From contig CAZDPG010000001.1 of the NCBI GenBank assembly GCA_964507275.1, positions 340,577-404,576 of the forward strand: DNA of 64,000 bases, in the 5' to 3' direction. This stretch comes from an uncultured Candidatus Saccharibacteria bacterium (GTDB lineage Bacteria > Patescibacteriota > Minisyncoccia > Phycocordibacterales > Phycocordibacteraceae). The notes below the pieces were generated by a model, which worked only from the letters and a program-made list of their open reading frames with translations, was not told the DNA's origin and did no database searches. Shown piece after piece: positions 37,178 through 46,026 of the stretch. The stretch's first letter is position 1; each line of letters starts with the position of its first letter. The translations under genes were made by a program, and so were the position numbers.

Positions 37178-38037
37178 CACACGACCAGCATCTCACGACC
37201 CTCCCCTGGAGCGACTACGAGCTCCTTGATTCGGGTGAGAACATGAAGCTGGAGCGCTTCGGTTCAATCATCATTGCGCGCCCTGAGACACAAGCGCTCT
37301 GGAAGAAACAGAGACCTGAACTCTGGGAGACGGCACATGCCGTGTTTGCCTTTCGTGATAAGCGCGGTACGTGGGACACGAAAGCATCGGTACCGGAATC
37401 ATGGGAGGTCTCCTGGGGCGACACACGCTTCTCTGCACAACTCACCGGATTCAAGCACACAGGCATCTTCCCCGAGCAGGCTCCGAATTGGGAATGGCTA
37501 AAGGAACAGACCAAGAAATTAGAGCAACCAAAAGTCTTGAACTTGTTCGGCTACACCGGCATCGCCTCGGTCGTCGCGGCACAGGCGGATGCTTTCGTGA
37601 CTCATGTCGACGCTTCGAAACAGTCGCTTGATTGGGCGCATGCGAATGCGCGTCGCTCGGGCGTGGGCGAAGATAGGATCCGCTGGGTGCTCGACGACGC
37701 ACTCGCATTCGTGAAGCGCGAAGCACGCCGCGGGGCCCTCTATGATGGCATCATCCTCGACCCTCCAGCATTCGGACGCGGTGCCAAAGGCGAGGTATGG
37801 AAGATCGAAGAGAATCTTCCTGAGCTTCTCGAGGCGCTCAAAAGCATCTTCTCCGACAAGCCCGGCTCCTTCTTCCTCTTAAACGGCTATGCCGCTGGCT
37901 ATGCCCCTCTCTCGTTTGCACAAGCAGTTGAGAGCACCTTCGGTGCAACAAACGGCGACTGCGGTGAACTTTTCATACAAGAATCCTCCTCCCTGCGCGT
38001 CATCCCCGCCGGCATCTACGTCCGCTTTGTGCGGTAG
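37174..38037 (+). CDS. class I SAM-dependent rRNA methyltransferase (RlmI/YccW-like)
   Basis: VLNLFGYTGIASVVAA (motif I) and DGIILDPPAF (motif IV, DPPxF). Confidence 0.7.
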   Translation: MTHDQHLTTLPWSDYELLDSGENMKLERFGSIIIARPETQALWKKQRPELWETAHAVFAFRDKRGTWDTKASVPESWEVSWGDTRFSAQLTGFKHTGIFPEQAPNWEWLKEQTKKLEQPKVLNLFGYTGIASVVAAQADAFVTHVDASKQSLDWAHANARRSGVGEDRIRWVLDDALAFVKREARRGALYDGIILDPPAFGRGAKGEVWKIEENLPELLEALKSIFSDKPGSFFLLNGYAAGYAPLSFAQAVESTFGATNGDCGELFIQESSSLRVIPAGIYVRFVR

Positions 38038-38046
38038 ACTACCTCT

Positions 38047-38901
38047 ATGCCCCATAACAAACAGATTGTCGTCATCTACCATAAACGCTGCGAAGACGGA
38101 TTCGGTGCGGCATATGCGGCATGGAAGAAGTTCGGCGATACCGCCGAATACCTTCCTGCCGGCTATGGCGATAACCTGCCTGAAGGACTTGAGGGGAAAG
38201 AGGTCTATATCCTCGACTTCTGCTACGAAATGGAGGGTGCGATGGACCGACTCGCAACAATCACGAAGAAACTCGTCGTACTCGATCATCATGCCAGCTC
38301 TCGCGGAATTGTAGAGAGCACACCGAATCATGTCTATGATGCCACTCGTTCCGGGGCGACCATCGCCTGGACATACTTCCACCCCAACACACCGATGCCC
38401 CGCCTCATGCGCCATCTCGAAGATGGCGATCTCTATCGTTTCGCCCTTCCCGAAACCGCTGATATTTTCTCCTACCTCGTCGTACAGCCCTATGACTTCA
38501 CCGTATGGGACGATATGGTTCACCGACTCGAAGATGATAATGGACGCCAGGAGATACTCACGAAAGCATCCATCTATACAGAATATTTCGAAAAGATGAG
38601 TCACCTCTGCATTGAAGCAGCGAAGAAAGTCCATTTCGAAGGATACGAATGCTATTTCGCCACGACACTGCCCTCGATAACCATGCGCTCGTATGTCTGC
38701 CATCAACTCTATAAGAAACTTCCGCCCATCGCGATCGTCGTCACGGCACATCCTGACGGCTTTGGCGTCTCTATCCGGAGCGATGGTTCTGTCGATGTAT
38801 CGAAGATAGCTGAAAAATACGGCGGCGGCGGACATCCTGGCTCTTCAGGATTCTTTATTCCGAACGGTACCCACATGCCGTGGGTAGAACTCGACGACTA
38901 G
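38047..38901 (+). CDS. nrnA: DHH-family phosphoesterase NrnA (nanoRNase / pAp phosphatase)
   Basis: DHH motif VVLDHHAS and DHHA1 GGGH motif KYGGGGHPGSSGF. Confidence 0.75.
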   Translation: MPHNKQIVVIYHKRCEDGFGAAYAAWKKFGDTAEYLPAGYGDNLPEGLEGKEVYILDFCYEMEGAMDRLATITKKLVVLDHHASSRGIVESTPNHVYDATRSGATIAWTYFHPNTPMPRLMRHLEDGDLYRFALPETADIFSYLVVQPYDFTVWDDMVHRLEDDNGRQEILTKASIYTEYFEKMSHLCIEAAKKVHFEGYECYFATTLPSITMRSYVCHQLYKKLPPIAIVVTAHPDGFGVSIRSDGSVDVSKIAEKYGGGGHPGSSGFFIPNGTHMPWVELDD

Positions 38902-39452
38902 CGCGTGAAGAGCGCTCCGCGATAGAACGCGAGCTCAGAGATAGACGCGAGAATGTCGTCCTTTGCGCGATGAGCGCTCTCTCCTTTCCTGCTGCGTGCC
39001 TTCTCATAGAGCGCTGGTGCCCAGCGACGCGCGAGCTCCTTAAGAGAAGACACGTCGACACAGCGATAAAAGAGATACTGCTCCACACGCGGCATCTGTA
39101 GCCGCAGGAAGTGTCGATCGACATGAATCGAATTGCCACACAGTGGCGCAGAATTCAGCGTGACGTGTTCCTTGAGGAACGCGAGTACCTGGTCCTCGGC
39201 TTCGGTGAGTGAGACCGTACTTACGGCAACGAGCGGCATAAGGCCGTTTTTTTCATGCAGTTCCCGTGCCGAAGCTGGGGCGGCATCAAAAAGCCGCTCG
39301 TCGGCATGAATGATGATGTCGGGACCCTCCGCGACAATATTTAAGTCTTTATCCGTCAAAATGACGGCTATTTCGATAATCTGATCCACCTGGGCGTCGA
39401 CCACTGAGGTCATTTCGAGGTCCATCCAGACCATAAGGTCGTCGCGTTGCAT
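38898..39452 (-). CDS. orn: oligoribonuclease (DEDDh 3'-5' exonuclease)
   Basis: MVWMDLEMTS (Exo I), GNSIHVDRHFL (Exo III, H). The track ORF was trimmed to MQRDD (ATG 39452); the upstream part is antisense to tsaD. Confidence 0.8.
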   Translation of the reverse strand: MQRDDLMVWMDLEMTSVVDAQVDQIIEIAVILTDKDLNIVAEGPDIIIHADERLFDAAPASARELHEKNGLMPLVAVSTVSLTEAEDQVLAFLKEHVTLNSAPLCGNSIHVDRHFLRLQMPRVEQYLFYRCVDVSSLKELARRWAPALYEKARSRKGESAHRAKDDILASISELAFYRGALFTR

Positions 39453-39473
39453 ACGGGGTATACTACCACCACC

Positions 39474-40652
39474 ATGAAGATCCTCGCCATCGAGACCTCC
39501 TGCGACGAGACAGCTATCGCCATCCTTGAGGCTAAAGGGGATGAGCAGAGCGCGCGGTTCCGTGTACTCGGCAACGCGCTCATTTCGCAGATAGATATCC
39601 ATAAAGAGTATGGCGGCGTCTTCCCTGCGCTCGCTAAGCGCGAACATGCGAAAAACCTCGTCCCGATACTCGAAGCCGCACTCGAGGAAGCCGAACTCCT
39701 CGTCGAGGACAGACGAGCGATACCCGAAGAAAAGCAAAACAAGATCGCTGATATGCTCTCGCGCGAGCCCGGTCTTACTGAATCTTTTCTCGAATTCGTT
39801 TCTGAGTGCGAAACGCCGGACATCGATGCGATTGCCGTCACGGCTGGTCCCGGCCTCGAACCGGCACTCTGGGTGGGGATTAATTTTGCGAAGGCCCTCG
39901 CCCTCCTCTGGGACAAACCTGTCGTTGCCGTAAATCATATGGAGGGACATATCATGGCGGCGCTTGCAAAGACGAGCGGCGACTCACTCCATATCGAACA
40001 GGTCGGCATGCCGGTACTCGCACTCCTCATCTCAGGCGGGCACACTGAACTTGTCTTGATGAAAGAGTGGCTCGAGTATGAACTCGTCGGACAGACGCTT
40101 GATGATGCGGTCGGCGAAGCGTTCGATAAAGTCGCGCGCATGCTCTCGCTCCCCTATCCTGGCGGTCCTGAAATCTCGCGCCTCGCCGAACTCGTACGCG
40201 AGAATCCATCGCAAGAAACCACCCCAGCCTATGTCCTGCCGCGTCCAATGATTAACGACGCGACCTGCAACTTCTCATTCTCAGGACTGAAGACAGCTGT
40301 GCTCTACCTCCTGAAGAAGAACCCGGAAATAACCGAGCACGAAAAAAAACACCTTGCGCACGAATTCGAAAATGCCGTCACGGAGGTGCTTTGGAAGAAA
40401 ACGGCACGCGCTCTCGACGAGACTGGAGCCCAAGCGCTCGCCTTGGGTGGCGGCGTTTCAGCGAATACACACATTCGCCGCACTTTCGCCGCGAACATGA
40501 AGAATGAGTACCCGAATGTCGCACTCCGCATCCCTGCAAGTTCGCTCACGACCGATAATGCCATCATGATTGCGATGGCTGGCTTCTACCGTGTACGGCG
40601 CGAAGAATCCCCGAACGATATTATCGCAAACGGGAATCGTTCGCTCGCCTAG
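39474..40652 (+). CDS. tsaD: tRNA N6-adenosine threonylcarbamoyltransferase TsaD
   Basis: MKILAIETSCDETAIAIL, HMEGHI and GGGVSAN motifs of the Kae1/TsaD family. Start at 39474. Confidence 0.9.
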   Translation: MKILAIETSCDETAIAILEAKGDEQSARFRVLGNALISQIDIHKEYGGVFPALAKREHAKNLVPILEAALEEAELLVEDRRAIPEEKQNKIADMLSREPGLTESFLEFVSECETPDIDAIAVTAGPGLEPALWVGINFAKALALLWDKPVVAVNHMEGHIMAALAKTSGDSLHIEQVGMPVLALLISGGHTELVLMKEWLEYELVGQTLDDAVGEAFDKVARMLSLPYPGGPEISRLAELVRENPSQETTPAYVLPRPMINDATCNFSFSGLKTAVLYLLKKNPEITEHEKKHLAHEFENAVTEVLWKKTARALDETGAQALALGGGVSANTHIRRTFAANMKNEYPNVALRIPASSLTTDNAIMIAMAGFYRVRREESPNDIIANGNRSLA

Positions 40653-40677
40653 CCCTTATTTGCTATATTTCTAGGCA

Positions 40678-42819
40678 ATGGATCCTAAATTCCTGAAGCC
40701 GTACGACGCGTCGGCGACCGAAGGGCGTATCTATGCCGAGTGGGAGAAGAGTGGACTCTTCAATCCCGATGAATGCATCGCCCAGGGTACGACCGAGGCC
40801 GACGCTCCGGCCTACTCGATCATCCTTCCCCCGCCGAACGTCACCGGCCGCCTCCACATGGGCCATGCGCTCATGCTCGCGATTGAAGATGTCATCGTCC
40901 GCTATAAGCGCATGCGCGGGTTCCGTACCCTCTGGCTCCCAGGCACCGACCACGCGGCTATCGCGACACAATCGGTCGTCGAGAAGCAGATCAAGAAAGA
41001 AGAAGGCAAGAGCCGTCACGACCTCGGACGCGAAGAACTCTTGAAGCGCATCGAGGCATTCGCTACAGCGAGCCACGACACCATTCTAGGACAACTGAAG
41101 ACGATGGGTGCTTCGCTCGACTGGTCGCGCGAAGCGTTCACACTTGATGAGACGCGCAGTCGCGCCGTACGCACGGTCTTCAAGAAGATGTACGATGCCG
41201 GACTCATCTATCGCGGCCATCGCATCGTCAACTGGGATCCGAAGGGTCAGACAACGATTTCTGATGACGAGATTGTCTACGAGGAAGAAAAGACGACGTT
41301 CTATTACTTCAAATACGGCCCGTTTACCATCGGCACAGCGCGTCCGGAAACAAAGTTCGGCGACAAGTATGTCGTCATGCACCCGGACGATCCACGTTAT
41401 GCGCAGTGGGAAGACGGACAAACGTTCGAGACCGAATGGATAAACGGCCCTATCACCGCGACCGTCATCAAAGACGATTCTATCGACATGACGTTCGGTA
41501 CCGGTGTCATGACTATCACTCCGTGGCACAGCACTGCGGACTTCGAAATCGCAGAACGGCATGGACTCGATAAAGAGCAGGTCATAAACGAATATGGAAA
41601 GCTCCTCCCTATCGCCGGAGAATTCGCAGGGATGAAGATCGCCGAGGCACGGCCGAAAATTGTTGAGAAATTGCGCGCAAAAGGATTGGTCGCGAAAGAA
41701 GAACCGTATGTCCACAATATCTCAACTGCCGAACGCACCGGCGGTATCATCGAACCGCAGATCAAACTGCAGTGGTTCGTCGATGTGAATAAGGAAGTCT
41801 CTGGCCGCGGGAAAACGCTCAAAGAGCTCATGCTCGACTCGGTGCGCTCCGGTGCTATAACAATTATCCCCGAGCACTTCGAGAAGACCTACTTCCACTG
41901 GATAGAGAATCTGCGTGACTGGTGCATCAGTCGGCAGATCTGGTACGGACATCGCATCCCGGTATGGTACAAGGGCGAGGAAGTCGCTGTCGGAGAAGCC
42001 CCTACCGGCGACGGATGGGTGCAGGACGAAGATACGCTTGATACCTGGTTCTCGTCCGGTCTCTGGACCTTCTCTACACTCGGCTGGCCCGAAGACACGA
42101 AAGACAAGCAGACGTATCATCCGACTGACCTCATCGAGACTGGGTACGATATCCTCTTCTTCTGGATCGCCCGTATGATACTTATGACCGAATTCACACT
42201 CGGTACGATTCCTTTCAAGACCGTCTACCTCCATGGCCTCGTGCGTGATGCACAGGGGCGCAAGATGAGTAAATCGCTCGGCAACAATCTCGATCCCCTA
42301 GATATCGCGGCGAAGTTCGGTGCCGACGCCGCACGCATGGCACTCATCGTCGGCAATACGCCCGGCACCGATATGCGCATGAGTGAAGACAAGATCAAAG
42401 GCTATAAGCACTTCGCGAACAAGCTCTGGAATATCGCGCGCTTCGTGTTTGATAATACAAAAGATGCTGACCTCTCGGCAGCACTCACCGCCGGCGATGA
42501 AGAACTCCTCTCTGCATATGGAACGCTTGCGCAGGAGATTACAGCCGATATCGAAGAATATCGCATCTATCTCGCTGCAGAGAAGGCCTATCACTATGCG
42601 TGGCATGAGCTTGCCGATAAGATTCTAGAGGAATCAAAACCAATCCTCGCGGGCGGCGATCCTGCTGCGAGAGCTTCGCGACAGAGACTTCTCATCACAC
42701 TCCTCGACCGTACGCTCCGCATCCTCCACCCGTTCATGCCGTTCGTCACCGAAGAAATATACCAATCCATGCCGACCAAAGATGCGAAATTCCTCATGGT
42801 CGCGAAATGGCCGTCCTGA
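40678..42819 (+). CDS. valS: valyl-tRNA synthetase (compact form, no C-terminal coiled coil)
   Basis: HIGH: PPPNVTGRLHMGHA. KMSKS: KMSKSLGN. PGTDHAAIATQ is typical of ValRS. 713 aa. Confidence 0.85.
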   Translation: MDPKFLKPYDASATEGRIYAEWEKSGLFNPDECIAQGTTEADAPAYSIILPPPNVTGRLHMGHALMLAIEDVIVRYKRMRGFRTLWLPGTDHAAIATQSVVEKQIKKEEGKSRHDLGREELLKRIEAFATASHDTILGQLKTMGASLDWSREAFTLDETRSRAVRTVFKKMYDAGLIYRGHRIVNWDPKGQTTISDDEIVYEEEKTTFYYFKYGPFTIGTARPETKFGDKYVVMHPDDPRYAQWEDGQTFETEWINGPITATVIKDDSIDMTFGTGVMTITPWHSTADFEIAERHGLDKEQVINEYGKLLPIAGEFAGMKIAEARPKIVEKLRAKGLVAKEEPYVHNISTAERTGGIIEPQIKLQWFVDVNKEVSGRGKTLKELMLDSVRSGAITIIPEHFEKTYFHWIENLRDWCISRQIWYGHRIPVWYKGEEVAVGEAPTGDGWVQDEDTLDTWFSSGLWTFSTLGWPEDTKDKQTYHPTDLIETGYDILFFWIARMILMTEFTLGTIPFKTVYLHGLVRDAQGRKMSKSLGNNLDPLDIAAKFGADAARMALIVGNTPGTDMRMSEDKIKGYKHFANKLWNIARFVFDNTKDADLSAALTAGDEELLSAYGTLAQEITADIEEYRIYLAAEKAYHYAWHELADKILEESKPILAGGDPAARASRQRLLITLLDRTLRILHPFMPFVTEEIYQSMPTKDAKFLMVAKWPS

Positions 42820-42837
42820 GTGCGGTAGAATAAGCGA

Positions 42838-43548
42838 GTGACTCTCACGACGCTCGGCTACGCATTCATCGGCGGTCTCTTACCGTCTTTCATCTGGCTT
42901 TATTTCCTCTTGAAAGAGGATTCTCGCTGTCCTGAACCGCGTACGATCATAGCGATTGCGTTTATCGCTGGAATGGCGGCCGTACCACTTGCAATACCAT
43001 TCGAGCATTTTGTGAAAATATCCCTCGGAAGCGACCTTTCCGTCCTCACGGCATGGGCAATTATCGAAGAGGTTCTCAAATACGTCATGGCGGCCGCATT
43101 CATCCTCTGGCGGCCGGCCGTCGATGAGACGCCCGATTATGTAATCTATATGATCACCGTAGCGCTCGGCTTCGCAGCGGCAGAAAACATGCTTTTCCTG
43201 CTTGCGCCGCTTGCTGACGGACAAATTGCCTCAAGTATATACACCGGCGACGTGCGCTTCCTCGGTTCGACACTGCTTCACGTCCTCGCCTCGGCATCAA
43301 TCGGATTCATGCTCGCGTTCTCTCATGAAAGCCATCCTGTCGTCCGCATAGCCGCCGGAGCGGGCGGACTTATCCTCGCAGGAGCATTGCACACAAGCTT
43401 CAACGCGCTTATCATTACTCAAGGTACTTCGACCACGCTTTCTGCGGTCTTCCTCGTTTGGACAGCCGCTGTGATTTTCTTTGCGGCTTTTGAAGTACTC
43501 AAGTATTTCCAATATCGTAATTTCCCATTAACATCCCCCCGACCATGA
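42838..43548 (+). CDS. PrsW-family intramembrane metalloprotease-like protein
   Basis: Multi-TM with EEVLKY, AAAENMLF and HxxxN-like motifs characteristic of PrsW/CPBP-type proteases. Confidence 0.55.
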   Translation: MTLTTLGYAFIGGLLPSFIWLYFLLKEDSRCPEPRTIIAIAFIAGMAAVPLAIPFEHFVKISLGSDLSVLTAWAIIEEVLKYVMAAAFILWRPAVDETPDYVIYMITVALGFAAAENMLFLLAPLADGQIASSIYTGDVRFLGSTLLHVLASASIGFMLAFSHESHPVVRIAAGAGGLILAGALHTSFNALIITQGTSTTLSAVFLVWTAAVIFFAAFEVLKYFQYRNFPLTSPRP

Positions 43549-44036
43549 CTAAGAAGCGATCGTTCTTTGAACGCCTTTCTGGTAACACCTCGATTGAAGA
43601 CTCTTTTGACTCCTTCGACGATGAACTCCCCACAGCGGTAACTCCTACGCGCACCGAAACCTCTGCCTCTCGACCGGCACCGCTCAATGACGAACCATCG
43701 GTGGGCGACGGACAGCTCCCGGTCGATGTCCATCAGACCGCTGAGGACATCATCATTCGCGCCTTCGTCGCTGGCGTACGTCCTGACGAACTCAATATTT
43801 CTATAAGTCGTGATATGGTCGAAATTGAAGGAAACCGCACCGAACGCGAAGAAGTCTCCGGTCCTGACTATTTCACTCGAGAGCTTTTCTGGGGATCATT
43901 CTCCCGCACTATCCTCCTCCCTCAGGAAGTCGACGTCGAGGCCTCCTCAGCAAGTGCTAAGGATGGACTGCTCACGCTCATACTTCCGAAACTCGATAAG
44001 GCAAAACAGACGAAATTACGCGTAAAGGCGGGCTAA
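43545..44036 (+). CDS. Hsp20/alpha-crystallin family small heat-shock protein
   Basis: Alpha-crystallin domain with GLLTLILPK (compare GVLTVTLPK) and DV..T.DDIIIRA. Confidence 0.8.
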   Translation: MTKKRSFFERLSGNTSIEDSFDSFDDELPTAVTPTRTETSASRPAPLNDEPSVGDGQLPVDVHQTAEDIIIRAFVAGVRPDELNISISRDMVEIEGNRTEREEVSGPDYFTRELFWGSFSRTILLPQEVDVEASSASAKDGLLTLILPKLDKAKQTKLRVKAG

Positions 44037-44054
44037 CACTTTCAACTTCACAAA

Positions 44055-44102
44055 CAGAAAACAGCGGAGTGGCCTTGCTGCCACTCCGCTGTTTTCTGTT
44101 TC
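44055..44102 (+). terminator. rho-independent terminator (agaaaacagcggagtgg...ccactccgctgttttct)
   Basis: 17 bp inverted repeat plus T-run after the Hsp20 stop. Confidence 0.65.
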
Positions 44103-44104
44103 TT

Positions 44105-44179
44105 GGTGCTTGGACCCGGGCTCGAACCGGGGACCCCTTCCTCTTCAGGGAAGTGCTCTACCAACTGAGCTATCCAAGC
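44105..44179 (-). tRNA. tRNA-Phe (anticodon GAA), CCA encoded
   Basis: Reverse complement: GCTTGGATAGCTCAGTTGGTAGAGCACTTCCCTGAAGAGGAAGGGGTCCCCGGTTCGAGCCCGGGTCCAAGCACCA. Confidence 0.8.
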
Positions 44180-44189
44180 GTCACGGATG

Positions 44190-44474
44190 CTATGGCACCG
44201 CTTTGAAAGAGTTTATCAGCTTTTGTAGCTCAACGGAAGTCGGGAAACCAAATGGTCCCGAGGTCGTGGTTCCGGACGTTGCAGAGAACTTTTCGACAAA
44301 TGGCTGGAGATACTGCTGATACAGATAGAGCGGGAGAGCGAGCACGATAGCCCAGACGATAATCCTGCCAAAGAAACCGAGCCACTGGTCGCGGCGGATA
44401 GCACGGAGCATGCGGTTATTCTCTCGTGCAAGCACGTGCGTCTCCTCAAGCAACCGTTTCAATTCTGGATCCAT
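44190..44474 (-). CDS. hypothetical small membrane protein
   Basis: 94 aa with one TM helix (IIVWAIVLALPLYLY). Confidence 0.35.
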   Translation of the reverse strand: MDPELKRLLEETHVLARENNRMLRAIRRDQWLGFFGRIIVWAIVLALPLYLYQQYLQPFVEKFSATSGTTTSGPFGFPTSVELQKLINSFKAVP

Positions 44475-44500
44475 GTCCTCATAAGTATACCGTATAAATG

Positions 44501-44572
44501 TGCCCCCGGCAGGAATCGGACCTGCATCAGCCCATTAGGAGCGGGCCGTTCTATCCATTGAACTACAGGGGC
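44501..44572 (-). tRNA. tRNA-Arg (anticodon CCT)
   Basis: Reverse complement: GCCCCTGTAGTTCAATGGATAGAACGGCCCGCTCCTAATGGGCTGATGCAGGTCCGATTCCTGCCGGGGGCA. Anticodon loop CTCCTAA. Confidence 0.7.
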
Positions 44573-44632
44573 TGTGCGAAAAGCCTAACACGAAACGCGC
44601 CCCACGAAAGTGGAGCGCGTTTCGTGCGAACG

Positions 44633-44875
44633 CTACGCGGCAATACCGAGTGTCGAGGCGAGCCGCTCCTGGTCGAAACCGATAATCATCTCGTCGCCGA
44701 CGAATATCACCGGTACGCCCATCTGTCCGGACCTCTGAATCATCTCCTGGCGTTTCTCAAGATCGCTCGCCACATTGTGTTCCGTGTAACCAATTCCCTT
44801 CTCTTTAAGGAACTCTTTGGCCATCTGACAGAAGTGACACGTCGGTGTGCTGTAAATAGTTACATTTTTATCCAT
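44633..44875 (-). CDS. glutaredoxin-family redoxin (NrdH/Grx-like, CxxC = CHFC)
   Basis: 80 aa. VTIYSTPTCHFCQMAKEFL...GVPVIFVGDEMIIGFD is a typical glutaredoxin fold. Confidence 0.75.
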   Translation of the reverse strand: MDKNVTIYSTPTCHFCQMAKEFLKEKGIGYTEHNVASDLEKRQEMIQRSGQMGVPVIFVGDEMIIGFDQERLASTLGIAA

Positions 44876-45007
44876 ATTCGTAGGTGTTATAGAGCGAGTA
44901 TATCACGTGCCTCAAAAAGTGGTTTCCGTGGATAAATGCTTGCGAAACATTCGTCCTGTGTCTTTATAACAAAGAGGACTCGTCATGATGACCGAGTCCT
45001 CGACGTT

Positions 45008-45538
45008 TCAATTCCGCCCTTCCTTCTTCACTGCGACGATCAGATAATACGCTTTCAGCTTCGTCGCGGCGGGATAAAAAGGAATGAATTCCGTCACACC
45101 GCCCTCGCGCACAAGAAGACGGTATTCCCGAAACTTCTCATCACGAATGGCTGTCCCCAAATGGAACACGGGGTATGCCCTCGTACCCTGATGCATGAGC
45201 GTGACCAGGTACGACGCGCTTTCGCTCATGCTCGCGGGATAATATCCCTGTTCATCAAGAGCTTTTCGAAAGTCAGGGATGAGCATCTCTTTTCCGAGCG
45301 ACACGAGCGCAAGTGTCTTCTCGTATCCTTCCGCACCTTCATAGTCTCGCCAGAGCGGTTCGTGCAAGATGTTCAGAAGAGCGAGACCCTCCTCACTCCG
45401 CCGGTCCAAGCGCATCGTACTCAGAATGAATGAGGGGAGGTCATGAAGATGATGCTTCCCTTGGGTAAGCGCGAGTGCGTGAGCGATAGTGGGATGGCGG
45501 GTAACGCTGATACCATCTATCTCATGTTCAATGTTCAC
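45008..45538 (-). CDS. hypothetical protein
   Basis: 176 aa ORF with no recognised motif. Confidence 0.3.
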   Translation of the reverse strand: MNIEHEIDGISVTRHPTIAHALALTQGKHHLHDLPSFILSTMRLDRRSEEGLALLNILHEPLWRDYEGAEGYEKTLALVSLGKEMLIPDFRKALDEQGYYPASMSESASYLVTLMHQGTRAYPVFHLGTAIRDEKFREYRLLVREGGVTEFIPFYPAATKLKAYYLIVAVKKEGRN

Positions 45539-45594
45539 GAAAGATTCCTTTCACAAGTACAAATCAGCCCACATTATGCCATAAAAACTCTTTG

Positions 45595-45665
45595 TGCGGG
45601 TACCGGGAATCGAACCCGGGTCTCAACCTTGGGAAGGTCGCATTCTGCCACTAAACCATACCCGC
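45595..45665 (-). tRNA. tRNA-Gly (anticodon CCC)
   Basis: Reverse complement: GCGGGTATGGTTTAGTGGCAGAATGCGACCTTCCCAAGGTTGAGACCCGGGTTCGATTCCCGGTACCCGCA, close to canonical bacterial tRNA-Gly. Confidence 0.75.
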
Positions 45666-46010
45666 TTATTCAGAGAACCAACTCAGCACCTTCTCCCACC
45701 ACGATTGAGTCGAGGTCGATACCGGTGCTGATGGTGGTACTACTACGATAACCTCTTCTCCAGGCCGCGCAACCCCGAAGGCCGTCCTGATAGCGGCATC
45801 CCGCCCGCGCTCGGTCGCAAGAGCTTCGAGATTCGCTGTCAGCGCGATTTTACGGTCTTCAAATGACCGATACTGTTGCTCCACTTCCCTTGCTTGGGAA
45901 ATGGCCACATGGGCCTTCCCGGCCAATCCCCAGATGAGCGAAAGCAACCAGAAAGAGACGAGGAGGAGGATGCCGACGAGAATGCCCTTCTGCCATTGAT
46001 TCGTGTGCAT
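45666..46010 (-). CDS. small single-TM coiled-coil protein (possibly FtsB/DivIC-like septum protein)
   Basis: N-terminal TM (ILVGILLLVSFWLLSLIWGLAG) followed by a short coiled coil. Confidence 0.3.
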   Translation of the reverse strand: MHTNQWQKGILVGILLLVSFWLLSLIWGLAGKAHVAISQAREVEQQYRSFEDRKIALTANLEALATERGRDAAIRTAFGVARPGEEVIVVVPPSAPVSTSTQSWWEKVLSWFSE

Positions 46011-46026
46011 AGGGGCAGTATACGAT

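Noticed and set aside
37879-38835. 318 aa minus-strand ORF antisense to nrnA / RlmI-like
   Set aside because: Overlaps two well-supported plus-strand genes and has no motifs. Shadow ORF.
44110-44319. 69 aa ORF overlapping tRNA-Phe
   Set aside because: Sits on top of a tRNA gene.
44498-44935. 145 aa plus-strand ORF over tRNA-Arg and antisense to glutaredoxin
   Set aside because: The glutaredoxin CxxC fold on the minus strand is convincing and this frame has no motifs.
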